Below are positions 1-12,129 of a DNA stretch of 64,000 bases, piece after piece. Positions within the stretch are counted from its first letter, which is position 1. Each line of letters begins with the position of its first letter. Origin of the DNA: Centroscyllium fabricii (taxonomy: Eukaryota); assembly GCA_051313645.2 (NCBI GenBank), contig JBNRSN020000007.1, positions 249,612,001 through 249,676,000 on the forward strand, given 5' to 3'. Below the pieces are notes generated by a model. That model saw only the letters and a program-made list of their open reading frames with translations. It had not been told where the DNA came from and made no database searches. The position numbers and the translations under genes are program-made.

Positions 1-1790
1 TTCAGGCAAAAAGGAAGACATGTCGGAAGCACTAGTATGAAAGGTGGCACCATCAGAGCAGATGCGGCGGAAGCGGAGAACCTGGGAGAATGGAATAGAG
101 CCCTTACAGGAAGCAGCGTGAGAAGGAATTGTAGTTCAGGTAGCTGTGGGAGTCAGTAGGCTTGTAGTGAATGTTTGTCAATAACCTACCCCAGAGATGG
201 AGGCGGAGAAGTCGAGGAAGGGAAGGGAAGATTCAGAGATGGACCATGTGAAGGTGAGGGAAGGGTGGAAATTGGAAGCAAAGTGAATGAAATTATTTAG
301 TTCAGGGCGAGAGCAGGAAACGCACCGATACAGTCATCAATGTGCTGGAGAAAGAGGGAGGGGACCTGAGTAGGACTGGAACAAAGAGTGTTCCACATAT
401 CCCACGAAAAGGCAGGCATAGCTAGGACCCATGCGGGTTCCCATAGCAACACCTTTGATTTGGAGGAAGTGAGTGGAGCCAAAGGAGAGGTTGTTCAATG
501 TGAGAACAAGTTCAGCCAGGTGGAGGAGGGTGGTGGTGGATGGGGACTGGTTGGGCCTCTGTTCAAGGAAGAAGCGGAGCATCCTTAGGCTATCCTGGTG
601 GGGGATGGAGGTGTAGAGGGATTGTACGCCCATAGCGAAAAGGAAATGGTTGGAGCCGGGGAACTGTTAAAGTGACGGAGGGCATCGTAAGAGTTGCGCA
701 TGTAGGTGGGAAGAGACTGGACAAGGGGAGAAAAAATAGAGTCGAGATAGGAAGAGATAAGTTCCGTGGGGCAAGAACAGGCTGAAATAATGGGTCTACC
801 AGGGCAGTCCTGTTTGTGGATCTTGAGAAGGTGATAGAAGTGGGCTGTGTGGGGTTGGGGAACTATGAGGTTGGTGGCCACGGGGGGAAGATCTCCAGAG
901 GAGACAAGGTCAGTGACAGCCTTGGAAACAGTGGCTTGATGTTCAGTAGTGGGTTCATGGTCCAGGCGGAGGTAGGAGGAGGTGTCGGAGAGTTGCCATT
1001 CAGCTTCCATTAGGTAGAGGTCGGTTCACCGAACAACAACAGCATCACTCTTGTCAGCAGGTTTAATGACAATGTCAGAGTTGGATATGAGAGAATGGAG
1101 TGCTGCAAGTTCAGAGGGAGGTAGGTTGGAGTGAGTGAGGGGAGCAGAGAAATGGAGATGGCTGATGTCACGCAGTTTGCAATGAAAAGATCTAGAGAGG
1201 TTAAAATGCCAGAGGGAGGGGTCCAGGTAGAATGAGAATTCTGAAAGTGGGAAAAAGGGTCAGGCGTGCGGGGGGAAGACTCCTGGCCAAAGAAGTGGGC
1301 ACGGAGATGAAAGCGATGGAAAAAGAGCTCAGCATCGTGCCGAGCTCGAAATGAATTGAGGTAGGGACATATGGGGATGAAGCTCAGGCCTTTGTTAAGG
1401 GCTGATCGTTCAGGGTCAGAAAGGGAATGGTCAGAGGAGATAGTGAAAACTCAGCAGGGGGCGAGATTGGGAGAAGGGATGAGCTCAGAGGAAAGTGAAG
1501 GGGAAGAAGGTTCCGGCGGGGCGTTAGTGTCCAAGAGTTGTTGAAGCTTACGATCCTAGACACCTGAAAGGAAGAAAAAATGTTTTTTGTTAAAGCGCCA
1601 GATGAGGCGAAGGATGAAATGAAACTGCGGACTAGGGCAGCTTTGAGATAGAGTGAGTCAGTGCTGCTGAAGAGAGAGGTCGAGAGTGTTCATGTGGCGG
1701 CGCATGGCTTTCAGTGTGGATCTCAGGATATGGCGAGAGCAGTGGTTCAAGGAATGCTGAATGTTTTGGAGATATCTGTCGTCCTGGGTG
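1..1790 (-). mobile_element. Penelope-like retroelement (Poseidon-type RT), decayed, runs off the left edge
   Basis: ORFs 585-1010 and 337-633 encode KIHKQDCPGRPIISAC, VQSLYTSIPH and QIKGVAMGTRMGPSYACLFVG, typical PLE RT motifs. Frameshifted; homologous to 12130-14030 and 26310-27700. Confidence 0.9.
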
Positions 1791-2879
1791 GATCCAATAC
1801 ACGAAGAGTGGAATTTCAATTGGAATCCACGTGGAGTAAATGGAAAACGAGGAATTGTGAAATTACAAACTCAATCGATAGCTTCTTTAGACACTAATCT
1901 GAAGTTAAAAGAAAGAAAGAGATTTGTCCATTATTTTGCTGGTCCTTTGTTTAGTGACTGGAATCAATATTGGGCAGTCGACTTTTCATTGGTATGAACG
2001 AGTGGTTGCTGAAGATAGTCAACAACTGAGAAATGAATGCATATTAAATTCATTTAATTTGCCTTGTAATAATCTTTTATATTGTGTATAATGAACCAGG
2101 GTTCCGTCCCCTGATAGCTTCTGGGAGTATGCTTGTGGGCATCAATCAGGGCAGAATCAGGATTGGTTTGATGCCGCCCCTAGTAACTGAGCATGCCATG
2201 TACGAGAGGACAACCAGTGCCTGTGAAATCATAACCTAGCAACAAATCAAAGCCTACAACAAAGGGAGGAGGAAATTGGCTTCAAAAACGGGAAAAAAAA
2301 CAAGGAAGTGTGAAACAACAAACTCAATCGATAGCTTCTATTCTTACCTTTGTGTAATAAACTGGTGAATGTTGTCCTGTCAGTGGAGCATGTAGTGTAA
2401 ACAGGTGGATATATTCTTGAAATGCAATGACACGCGTATTCAAGGCATTAAAACATGAAGCAGCTGAGGGCTAAAGCAGCCCTTCTTGCCCTATTTAAAT
2501 TAGCTCATCAAAGCTACATTTAATTAAATAACCAATTTAGAGGCACTCATAATACAAGAGTGAAAGTTACTGGGGAGACGAGGTAGTGTAGCGGATCAAT
2601 ACTTTATCATTTCACCTCTGAGAAATGGAAATGTCATACTGGTGCTGCAAGGGGCATGTTTCTGAAATTAGAGCAGAGTGTGACGAGCATTCCTCTGCTT
2701 CTAGCCCATACAAGACATGACCTGGGAGCCGTGCAGCTTATGCTGCATGCCTGCAATAGGAAGTGTTCTATTTTCCAGCTTTAACATACATTTCTTTTGT
2801 GCTCCTCAAGGAAAAGTGTCACTAAATCACAGTTATTGATTTACCACAATAATTAGGAGACCAGAGAATAAGCATATGA

Positions 2880-3530
2880 GCATAGAGTCATAGACTGGAA
2901 CTTATTGGAAGGGAGAATGAAGAATGATATGATGGAGATATTCAAATTAGTACAGTTTAGCGATGTAGAGGCTCAGTCACAGATACTGCATTTTGCACAA
3001 GATAGAAGAACAAGGGGACCTGAATAAGAGCTAAAAAGAAGCGGATCAAGGTAGGATGTAAAAAAAGATTACTTCACTGAAAAGGTGGCTCATGTTTGGA
3101 ATAACTTACCAAAGGTGTTTGATGGGGCAAGTGATGTACCATCAATAAGGCCAAAGACGAAGAGTTAACCTTAACTATACAGCTTCTATTCACTGAAGAA
3201 TGGAGCGTGTCTCGGCTGAGCTCAGAGATATACTGACCGGGGGAGGGTGAGTGATCACCTAAGTACCTGAGCCCGGAGGAGGGGTCAGAGGCGGGGTCAG
3301 CCGGGGCAAGCTCCTGCAAGCATTAACATACAGGTATATACAGATATATACATAGTCAGCAGCAAGGTATTTACAGATACAGTACGGTAGTACGACAGTG
3401 GTATAGCATTACTGCTAATGGTTTACCACAGCAAGTAGCTTAGATAATGATTCAAATTGGACAGATATCTCAAAGAGAAACACGTCATCAATTGCAACTG
3501 CTGTGAAAGCAGGAAAGTGGACTAGATTAA
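2880..3530 (+). mobile_element. Highly decayed CR1 3' end, interrupted by a solo LTR
   Basis: Degenerate match to the CR1 ORF2 C-terminus (gatagaagaacaagggga...ttacttcactgaaaaggtggct...tggaataacttacca). Confidence 0.6.
3132..3430 (-). mobile_element. Solo LTR (short Gypsy-type, TGTGGTAAACC..CATCA)
   Basis: TG..CA ends; 5-bp TSD GCAAG at 3127-3131 and 3431-3435; same terminus as the LTRs of the 31531-36716 provirus. Confidence 0.85.
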
Positions 3531-3535
3531 CCTAA

Positions 3536-4300
3536 TGGGCCAGAACCTCGGGTACCCACGGGTGAGTATGCGCTGGGTACTCACCCATGGGCCCAACAAA
3601 AGTGCCAGTTTCGTGCATTCACTGCACATGCACGGGAAACGGGAACTTCTGTTCCCTTAAAGGAAGGGGTTCACAGGTCGAACGCATGTGCCGGAGAGAC
3701 GCGTCTACGTCTGGAACATCTGTTTTTTTTGCAGGTTTCTCCCCGGGAGGGTAAGCCTCCAGCAGCTACGGTTATAAAAAGCAGTTGCAAGGCCTGCTTT
3801 TAACAAGGTAAATGGTGAATTAAGTAAAATTAAAACATTTTTTCCACAGGTTTATTATTTTTAAATATTTTAAAGAAAGGTAAGTTTATTTTTAGCCCTG
3901 TTAGAAACTGTAATTAATTTTTTCAAAAAGTTAAATTATTGTTTAAAATAGTTATTTTATGTAATTTATAGTTATTTTAAAAATGAGATTTTAAAAAAAT
4001 ATATTTGAAGTTTTATTTATGTTTTTGGGCTGAACTGAATTCATTGATTTGACAGGCCTTCCTATCAAATCTATGAATACAGATTCCCTGCTACCATTGG
4101 CTCTCCATGGCCCACACAATTCCAGGGGACGTTTCGAACAAACTGTGCCCCTGGGATATGCAAGCACTGCGCTCCAGCAGTTGGAGCAGGCCCAGGATCA
4201 GAATCCCACGCGGGCCTACGGCACAATGGCCGGCGCGCTAAGTAAGTGCAGGTCGGGGGCTTGCAACGGTGGGAAGCCCCCGACCCGAATTTCTGGGCCA
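3536..4300. mobile_element. Non-autonomous DNA transposon (Harbinger-type MITE, family A)
   Basis: Imperfect TIRs tgggccagaacctcggg / cccgaatttctgggcca; further copies at 4335-6185 and 58085-58475. Confidence 0.75.
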
Positions 4301-5104
4301 TGGCCTTTTCAGGTTTTAGAGATTTATACACAAGTGCCTTGAAATTGGGATCTCCACGGGTGAGTACACACGGGGTACTCACCTGTAGGCCCCGCGAAAG
4401 TGTAGGTTTCGTACATGCCCTGTGCAAGCGCGGGAAACTGGCATTTCCGTTCCCCTGAACTAAGGGGTTAAGAGGTGAAGCGTATGCGTGGGAGCAGCAG
4501 CGTGTGCGCGTTGTACTTACTTTTCTTTTACAGGTTTTTCTGTCCGGGTAAGTGAATATTTTACACATTAAAAAAGCAGACGTAAGGCCTGCTTTTAACA
4601 AGGTAAGTGGTGAATTAATTAAAATTAAAACATTTTTCCACAGGTTTATTATTTTTAAATACTTTAAAGAAAAATAAGTTTATTTTTAGCCCCATTAGAA
4701 AATATAATTAATATTTTCAAAAATTTTAATTATTGTTTAAAGTAAGTGCTTCATGTTATTTATAGTTATTTTAAAAATGTGATTTAAAAAAAAATGTATT
4801 TGAAGTTTTAGTGATATTTTGGGGCTTATAGTATTCATAGGGCGCAAAATTCGTGAGCGCATGTTTTCTGGCGCTAAAATGAACGCAGCGCTAAAATTAA
4901 CGCCGGCAGTAAATTAGCGTCGAGGCGCCCGATATTGGTGTTAGCACCGGCCTTGCAGATTTCAGCGCTAATTCAGGTCTTGCAGGCGGCCAATTCTTTG
5001 CTGCTAATTGCCGTTCCCGGGCGCAGCGCTCCCTCACCAACTGCTTGCTTCCCCATGACCTCTGCAGCCGAATAGGTCTTAAAGGGGATGCAGGGCAGCA
5101 TCTT

Positions 5105-5440
5105 TTCCTCCCCGCTCTCTGATCAATTGGCTGATCGGGGGCCACCCAACCCCCCACCCACTCTCTGATCAGTTGCCGATCGGGGGCCGCCCAAACCCCC
5201 TCCCCGCTCTCTGATCAGTTGCCGATCGGGGGCCGCCAGACCGCCCTTCCCGCTCTTTGATCAGTTGCTGATAGGGGGCCGCCCTCCCCCCCTCCCCCTC
5301 TCTCTGATCAGTTGCTGAATCGGGGGTTGGGCGGCCCCTGAGCGGCAACTGATCAGAGAGCGGGGAGGGGGGTCGGGCGGCCCCCCTCCCCGCTCTCTCA
5401 TCAATTGGCCGCTCGGGCCAACTCCCCCCATCAGCTGGCC
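5105..5440. repeat. GC-rich minisatellite, unit about 42-47 bp (ccccgctctctgatcagttgccgatcggggg...)
   Basis: About six imperfect copies visible; one unit near 5340-5385 is inverted. Confidence 0.8.
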
Positions 5441-5604
5441 ACTCAGACCGAATAGGGAGGGTGGCCCTTTTAGCAGCGCTGCAGCGGCCACTCAAACCCG
5501 CTGCAGCGTTTGCCGAAGCTGGCGCTGACAGCGCGGGGCGGGGTGGACTGGCACAAAAGCAAATTTTGGGCGCAGCCCAGCTGGCGGGCGTTGCACACAT
5601 ATTT

Positions 5605-5768
5605 CCACGATGTGCGGGTTAGGTTGATTGGCCAGGATAAATTGACCATTAGTGTTAGAGGGATTAAATATGTGGGGTTACGGGGATAGGGTGGGATATG
5701 TGTCGGTGCAGGCTCGATGGGCCAAAATGGCCTCTATCTGCAGTGTAGGGATTCTATGATTCTATGAC
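5605..5768 (+). mobile_element. 5'-truncated SINE (V-SINE/HE1-like 3' part) with (attctatg)n tail
   Basis: gatgtgcgggttaggttgattggccaggataaattgacc matches the SINE at 27745-28155. Confidence 0.75.
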
Positions 5769-6917
5769 TGCTGATCGCTGATTAGCATGCGCAAACGTTT
5801 AGTGCTGGCGCTAATCACTATGACAATTTAGCGACCAGCGCTAACTTTGGCGCTAATTCGGCACCGGACCATTAGCGGCGATTTTAGCCGCTAATGGGCC
5901 GGCGCTAAGACGCCAATTTCGCGCCCATAGTTTTGACATCACTTCTTGTCAAACTTATGAATGGAGCATTCTCTGCTCTGATTGGCTCTCCATGGCCCAC
6001 ATGATCCCAGGGGACGCATCGCACTAACTGCACCCCTGAGACACGCAAGCACTGCGCGCCGGCAGTTGGAGGAGGCCCAGGAATGGAATTCCACACGGGC
6101 CAGCAGCTCAATGGCCGGCGCGCAAGGTAAGTGCAGGTTGGAGGCTTACACCCGCGGGAAGCCTCCGACCTGAATTTCTGTGCCAATATTTTTCCGTGTA
6201 TAAGTAACAGTGTTCATTGCAGTAATATAACTGCAGTCGTGTTTTGTTCATGAAATTGGCTGCATATATTTGTGTTGAAAAAATGTTCAAACTATATCAA
6301 CTTAAATCAAACACATATTAACAGCCATAACTTTGTAAATGTATTTGAGAAGTTACTTTTACATGTCCAAAAATCAGAACTGTTGTTCAAGTATAATTTT
6401 GGTACTGAAAACACAACTGCAATGCATAAAGCATGCAATAAGTAGCATGTTCTTAAACCTTTCAATTGATTTTTTTTCTCATACTCTAATTAAATGTGGA
6501 TAATATTGATTAAGTCTAATGCCATCCAATACTTAGAATGTAGTTCACTTATTAAGTGTTACATCTAGCCCTCTCCTTAAGCATGGTGAATTGAATACTG
6601 TAATTACTTCACTTGTGTATGTATCTGGGAACACAGTTGCAAAATGGAGTTTATTCCAAAACAAAGACAGGTGATTCTTAATTTTCCAACTAGAACATTT
6701 CTGCTGTGATTTTTATATCGTGCATACATATTTGTCAGCATGCAGTAGGCAAACAATGTGTATTATCCATACAGATGTAAAACCATGTGTGAGTTAAAGC
6801 ATTCAAGTTAATCCTGAGACAAATGCAAATGAAACAGAATCAGAATGAGACATAAATAAAACTGGCCAAAATGTCCTCACCACACCGAATACCCACAGGG
6901 TAACATTTGTAGATAAT

Positions 6918-9900
6918 GGGGGCAAAATTCAGATCAGTAGCGCACATTTTCTGGGTTCTACGAGTGCCCTTAGAGGACCAAAATGGCGGCCGTGGTGCCT
7001 CCGAACACTTCTGAGGAGTGTCGCACCGGACACCATATTGATGAGGGCGATAGCATCCATGCAGTGAGCGTCCGCCGGAAGTATGCAGAGTAAACAGATC
7101 ATGACATCAATTAGCATGCAATGCTGATTTGACACCAGAGCTGCCATTTTGGAGCTCAACCCTTCTGCTGACACATTCTCTTAAGCTTGCACTGCTGAAC
7201 ATGCATTCAGCAGCAGGAATGGGAGGGTTTAAACTAAAGTGGCAGGGGGTTGGAAACCTGAGCAGGGAGACACGGGAAAGGGAAACAAGGATAAAAGCAA
7301 AAGACAGGAAGGAGAAAAACAAAATTAGAAGGCAAAGAACTCAACGGTTTAAATCAAACATGGTCACAGTAAGTAATAATTCATGTAGGTATGAGAGCAT
7401 TAAAAAAACAAGCCTGAAGGCTTTGTGCCATAATGCAAGGAGCATTCGGAACAAGGTGGATGAATTAGCTGCGGAAATAGAGGTAAACGAATATGATTTG
7501 ATTGGGATTACAGAAACATGGCTCCAGGGTGGCCAAGGCTGGGAACTCAACATTCAGGGGTATTCAATATTTAGGAAGGATAGGCAAAAAAGAAAGGGAG
7601 GTGGGGTAGCATTGCTGGTTAAAGAGGGGATTAACATAATGGAAAGGAAGGATATTAACTCTGATTATGCGGAATCTGTATGGGTAGAACTGAGAAATAT
7701 CAAGGGGCAGAAAACATTAGTGGGAGTAGTATATAGATCTCCAAACAGTAGTATGGAGGTTGGGGACGGCATTAAAAGGGAAATTAGAGAAGCATGCAGT
7801 AAGGGCGCAGCAATCATCATGGGCAACTTTAATTTACATATAGATTGGGCTAACCAAATTTGTAAAAATACTGTGGAGGAGGAATTCCTAGAAGGTTTAC
7901 GGGATGGTTTTCTGGAACAATATGTTGAGAAACCAACCAGAGATCAGGACATCTTAGACTGGGTATTATGTAATGAGAAAGGATTAATTAGCAATCTTGT
8001 TGTACGAGGCCCCTTGGGTCAGAGCAATCATATGATAAAATTCTTCATTAGGATGGAGAGTGAAGTAGTTGATTCAGAGACTTGAGTCCTAAATTTAAAT
8101 AAAGGAAACTACGATGGTATGAGGCGCGAATTACGTAGGATTGATTGGGGAATGTAACTCAAAGGGTTGACCGTGGATAGGCAATGGCAAACATTCAAAT
8201 ATCGCATGGATGAACTACAGAATTTGTTCATCCCAGTTTGGCATAAGAATAAAACAAAAAGGGAGACTCAACCGTGGCTAACAAGGGAAATTAGGGATAG
8301 CATAAGATCCAAGGAGAGGGCATATAAATTGGCCTGAAAAAGTGGTAACCTTGAGGATTGGGAGCAGTTTAGGATTCAACAAAGGAGGACAAAGGGATTA
8401 ATTTAGAATGGGAAAATAGAATATGAAAGTAAGCTTGCAGGGAATATAAAAACTGACTGTAAGAACTTTTATAGATATGTGAAGAGAAAAAGATTAGTGA
8501 AATCAAGTGTAGGTCCCTTGCATTCAGAAGCAGGGGCAGTTATAATGGTGAACAAAGAAGTAGCTGACCAATTAACTGCATATTTTGGTTCTGTCTTCAC
8601 AAACAGGTTACAAATAACCTCCCAGAGATGTTGTAGAACATAGGGTCTGATGAAAGGGAGGAACTGAAAGAAATCAGTATTTGTAGGGAAATAGTGTTAG
8701 GGAAATTGATGGGATTGAAGGCCAATAAATCCACAGGGCCTGATAATCTACATCCTAGGGTACTTAAGGAAGTGGCCCTAGAAATAGTAGATACATTGAT
8801 GATCATCTTCCAACATTCGCTGGAATCTGGAACTGTACCTATGGATTGGAGGGTAGCTAATGTTACCCCACTATTCAAAAAAGGTGGTAGAGAGAAAGCA
8901 GGGAATTACAAACTGGTAAGCGTGACATTGGTAGTGGGGAAAATGCTAGAGTCCATTATAAACGATGTAATAGCAGAGCACTTGGAAAACAGTGACCGGA
9001 TCAGACAAAGTCAACATGGATTTACAAAAGGTAAATTGTGCTTGACTAATCTACTGGAATATTTTGAGGATGTAACTGGGAAAATAGATAAGGGAGAACC
9101 AGTAGATTTGGACTTTCAAAAGGCTTTTGATAAGGTCCCGCATAAGAGATTAGTGTGTATAGTTAAGGCACATGGGATTGGGGGCAAGGTATTGACTTGG
9201 ATAGAGAACTGGTTGGCAGACAGAAAGCAAAGAGTTGGAATAAACGGGTCTTTTTCCGAGTGGCAGGCAGTGACCAGTGGGGTACTGCAGGGATCGGTCC
9301 TTGGACCCCAGCTATTCACAATATACATTTTTGATCTAGATAAGGGAACTAGATGTAATATCTCCAAGTTTGCAGACAACACAAAGCTGGGTGGGCGTGT
9401 GTGCTGCGAGGAGGATGCCGAGAAACTCCAGGATGATTTGGACAGGTTGAGTGATTGGGCAAAAGCGTAGCAGATGCAATATAACGTAGATAAATGCGAG
9501 GTTATCCACTTTGGTGTCAAAAACAGAAAGGCAGACTAATATCTGAATGGCAGTAGATTGGGAGAAGGGGAAGTGCAATGAGACCTGGGTGTCCTTGTGC
9601 ACCAGTCGCTGAAGGTAAGCACGCAGGTGTAGTTGGCGGTGAAGAAGGCAAATGGTAGGTTGGCCTTTATAGCGAAAGGGTTTGAGTACAGGAACAAAGA
9701 TGTCCTTCTGCAGTTGTACAGGGCCTTGGTGAGACCACACCTTGAGTACTGTGTGCAGTTCTGGTCACCTTATCTGAATAAGGATGTTCTTGCCATGGAA
9801 GGAGTTCAGCGAAGATTCACAAGGCTGATACCTGGGATGGCAGGGATGATGTATGAGGAGAGATTGGGTTGATTGGGCTTATACTCGCTGGAGTTTAGAA

Positions 9901-10778
9901 GAATCAGAGGGGATCTCATCGAAACTTCTAAAATTCTGACAGAGATGTACAAACTAGACGCAGGAAGAATGTTCCCGATGGTCGGAGAGTGCAGAACCAG
10001 GGGTCATAGTCTAAGGATAAGGGGTAAGCCATTTAGGACAGAGATGAGGAAGAGTTTCTTCACCCAGAGAGTGGTGAACCTGTGCAATTCTCTCCCACAG
10101 AATGTAGTGGAGGCTAATTCATTAAATATATTCAAGAAGGAGATATAATTCTTAGAGCTAAAGGTATCAAGGAATATGGGGAGAAGGCAGGTACGGGGTA
10201 CTGAGTTTGGATGATCAGCCATGATCTCATCGAATGGCAGAGCAGGCTCGAGGGGCCGAATGGCCTACTCCTGCTCCTATTTTCTATGTTTCTAGAAAGG
10301 ACTCCCCACCAGCGCTGTTGAAAGGCATCATCACCTACTTACAGGTTAGTTGCTGATTGATTTCTATTGTTGCAACAATTTTACAGGTGTTTGGTGCTGT
10401 CCATAGTTGTTTAAAGTTGCTAAAGTCTACAGGGAGTGGTGTGGAACGTGCTGAAATAATTTTTCCTGACTTCAAGGCTTCTGCACAAACTACTTGCTGA
10501 CAGACATGAGTGCAGTAGTAGCAGAAATTTTCCTTGGAATACAGCTTGACGTGCGGAATGAACAGAGGTCATGCAGGGCAGGCCAAGCTGCTGGAATAGG
10601 AAGGAGGACGGGGGGAGGGAAGGGTTCACAGCACTAGGCCATATCCGTCCAAGATGTTCAGGGAACAATCCTTCTCCATGAACCTCAGCGAGGCACGAAG
10701 TTGGGGTGCTGCCTGCATCACAATGAATGGGCGCGGGTTAATCATGCCTGTTTTTATGGACTATTGAATTTAGCCTCC
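6918..10778. mobile_element. MITE (Harbinger-type) split by a CR1 insertion
   Basis: Imperfect TIRs gggggcaaaattca (6918) / tgaatttagcctcc (ends 10778); pieces 6918-7215 and 10295-10778. TSD not clean. Confidence 0.55.
7220..10294 (+). mobile_element. CR1 LINE (HER1-like), nearly complete ORF2 (APE endonuclease + RT) with stops and frameshifts
   Basis: ORF 7129-8085: NARSIRNKVDEL..IGITETWL..GGGVALLVKE (APE). ORF 8694-9470: QHGFTKGK..LDFQKAFDKVPH..SGVLQGSVLGP..FADN. 3' UTR ggccgaatggcctactcctgctcc with a ttctatg tail. Confidence 0.95.
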
Positions 10779-11303
10779 AAAATCTGTAAGCACTCCACAA
10801 TGTCAGTACGAGATTACTTTTATTGAGACACGGGGTGGGTGTTGTTCCTGGAGAGATCCTCTTAACATCCCATGGGGATGTTTGGAACCTCAATGTACAT
10901 GTTTACCACTCCAGGGCCCAGGAAGGAATTGCTCCGAACCACCAATAATAGTGCCGCGTTCACCATAAAGACTTGAAAGAGCTGAAGAACATTATTCAGT
11001 GAAAGTGAGTTAGCACATGCTCAAAAACAAGCAGCTTGCAAACGATTGTCGCTGCACAACAAAAGGATAGCCAACCTTTCAGGAATTGTTGATGTTGCTA
11101 AAGAGGAAGGCCTCTAAATTCTTAAACAGCAGGGTTATATGGGGGGATTTTAACTCTCGCTGCCTGGTGGAAACCAGGTGGAAAGGGAGTTACAATCCAA
11201 GCAGTACATTTACCGCTCATTTCTTGCCCCGTGGATATTTTAACAGCACTGTTTCCTTGGGCTGCTGAGGTACCTATAAATATAAATATATGTAAATCAG
11301 CAT

Positions 11304-11650
11304 CACAGAAACACAGAAGATAGGAGCAGGAGTAGGCCATTCCAGCCTTCGAGCCTGCTCCGGCATTTTGATGAGATCATGGCTGATCATCCAAACCCAG
11401 TACCCCCCTCCTACCCTCTCCCCATATCCCCCGCCACCCCCAACTCTAAGAACTATGTCTCACACACATACTCATGGGCAATTTTTTAGTATCTCCAATT
11501 CACCTAACCTGCATGTCTTTGGGTGGTGGGAGGAAACCGGAGTACCCGGAGGAAACCCACATGAACACGGGGAGAACATGCAAACTCCACGCAGAGGTGT
11601 CCCGGGCCAAGCAGGATTCGAACCCAGGAGCTCCTTATTGCGAGATAAGA
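11304..11650 (-). mobile_element. tRNA-derived V-SINE (HE1-like) with CR1 3' tail
   Basis: Reverse complement contains B-box gggttcgaatcc, the V-domain gtggagtttgcatgttctccccgtg..gggtttcctccggg, and a CR1-type tail; near-identical to 18806-19170. Confidence 0.85.
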
Positions 11651-11789
11651 CCACAATGCAATTTTAACTACCTACTGAGCAGGGTGCCTGCTGTGGACAC
11701 CTCACTCAGTAAAACTGGGCGGAAACCTGCCAGCTTTTGCACACAGACCCAAAGGAGCGCATGGACTTCTTTGTCGCTAAGAATGAAAC

Positions 11790-12060
11790 CATACATTCAG
11801 CTGCCTCTGTCGCATCCACCCTTTTCCGGCCCACCAAGTCAAACTTTCTCCAAGGCTCCTCCATGCACTAGCCCTAAATCTGTGTCTTGCTATAACTTTT
11901 CTCCTGTTTTCCCCCATGCCTTCTCTAAGTTCATCTTGTCCTTGAGACCTACCTCCTGCTCTCTTGACCCCATTCCGACTAATCTACTGAGCATCCAACT
12001 TTCCTTCTTGGCCCCCCATGCTAGCTGATATTGTAAATGGTTCCCTCTCCTCAGGTACCA
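11790..12060 (+). mobile_element. L2 LINE fragment (pre-RT region)
   Basis: Encodes TSCSLDPIPTNLL followed by LADIVNGSLSSG, characteristic of L2 ORF2. Confidence 0.7.
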
Positions 12061-12129
12061 TGCACGGCGTAAGTGCTGATTGTTATTTCCGGGTCTTGAG
12101 CAGTCTAACCAGTTGTCCTTAAAAAGACC

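Larger units (their letters stand above)
4840..5926. mobile_element. MITE family B (Harbinger-type) containing a minisatellite and a SINE fragment
   Basis: TIR gggcgcaaaatt / aatttcgcgccc; 3-bp TSD ATA at 4837-4839 and 5927-5929; repeated (t)tagcgc subterminal motifs. Confidence 0.8.
4335..6185. mobile_element. Second family A MITE, split by a nested MITE
   Basis: Colinear similarity to 3536-4300 on both sides of 4840-5926; ends tgaatttctgtgcca. Confidence 0.75.

Noticed and set aside
1930-2415. Possible minus-strand exons (2348-2415 with an AG|GTAAG donor; a terminal exon starting at 2025)
   Set aside because: Two frames are equally plausible, no recognisable protein, and no supporting upstream exons were found.
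5105-5440. CRISPR-like array
   Set aside because: Eukaryotic context, no unique spacers and no cas genes; it is a minisatellite.
6637-6899. Possible upstream + strand exons of the host gene (about 6637-6670 and 6775-6899)
   Set aside because: The second segment has stop codons in all three frames; it could be UTR or pseudo-exon but cannot be supported as CDS.
10900-11010. Exon-like unique island with splice-like signals on both strands
   Set aside because: All + strand frames have stops; the minus frames give no recognisable or linkable peptide.
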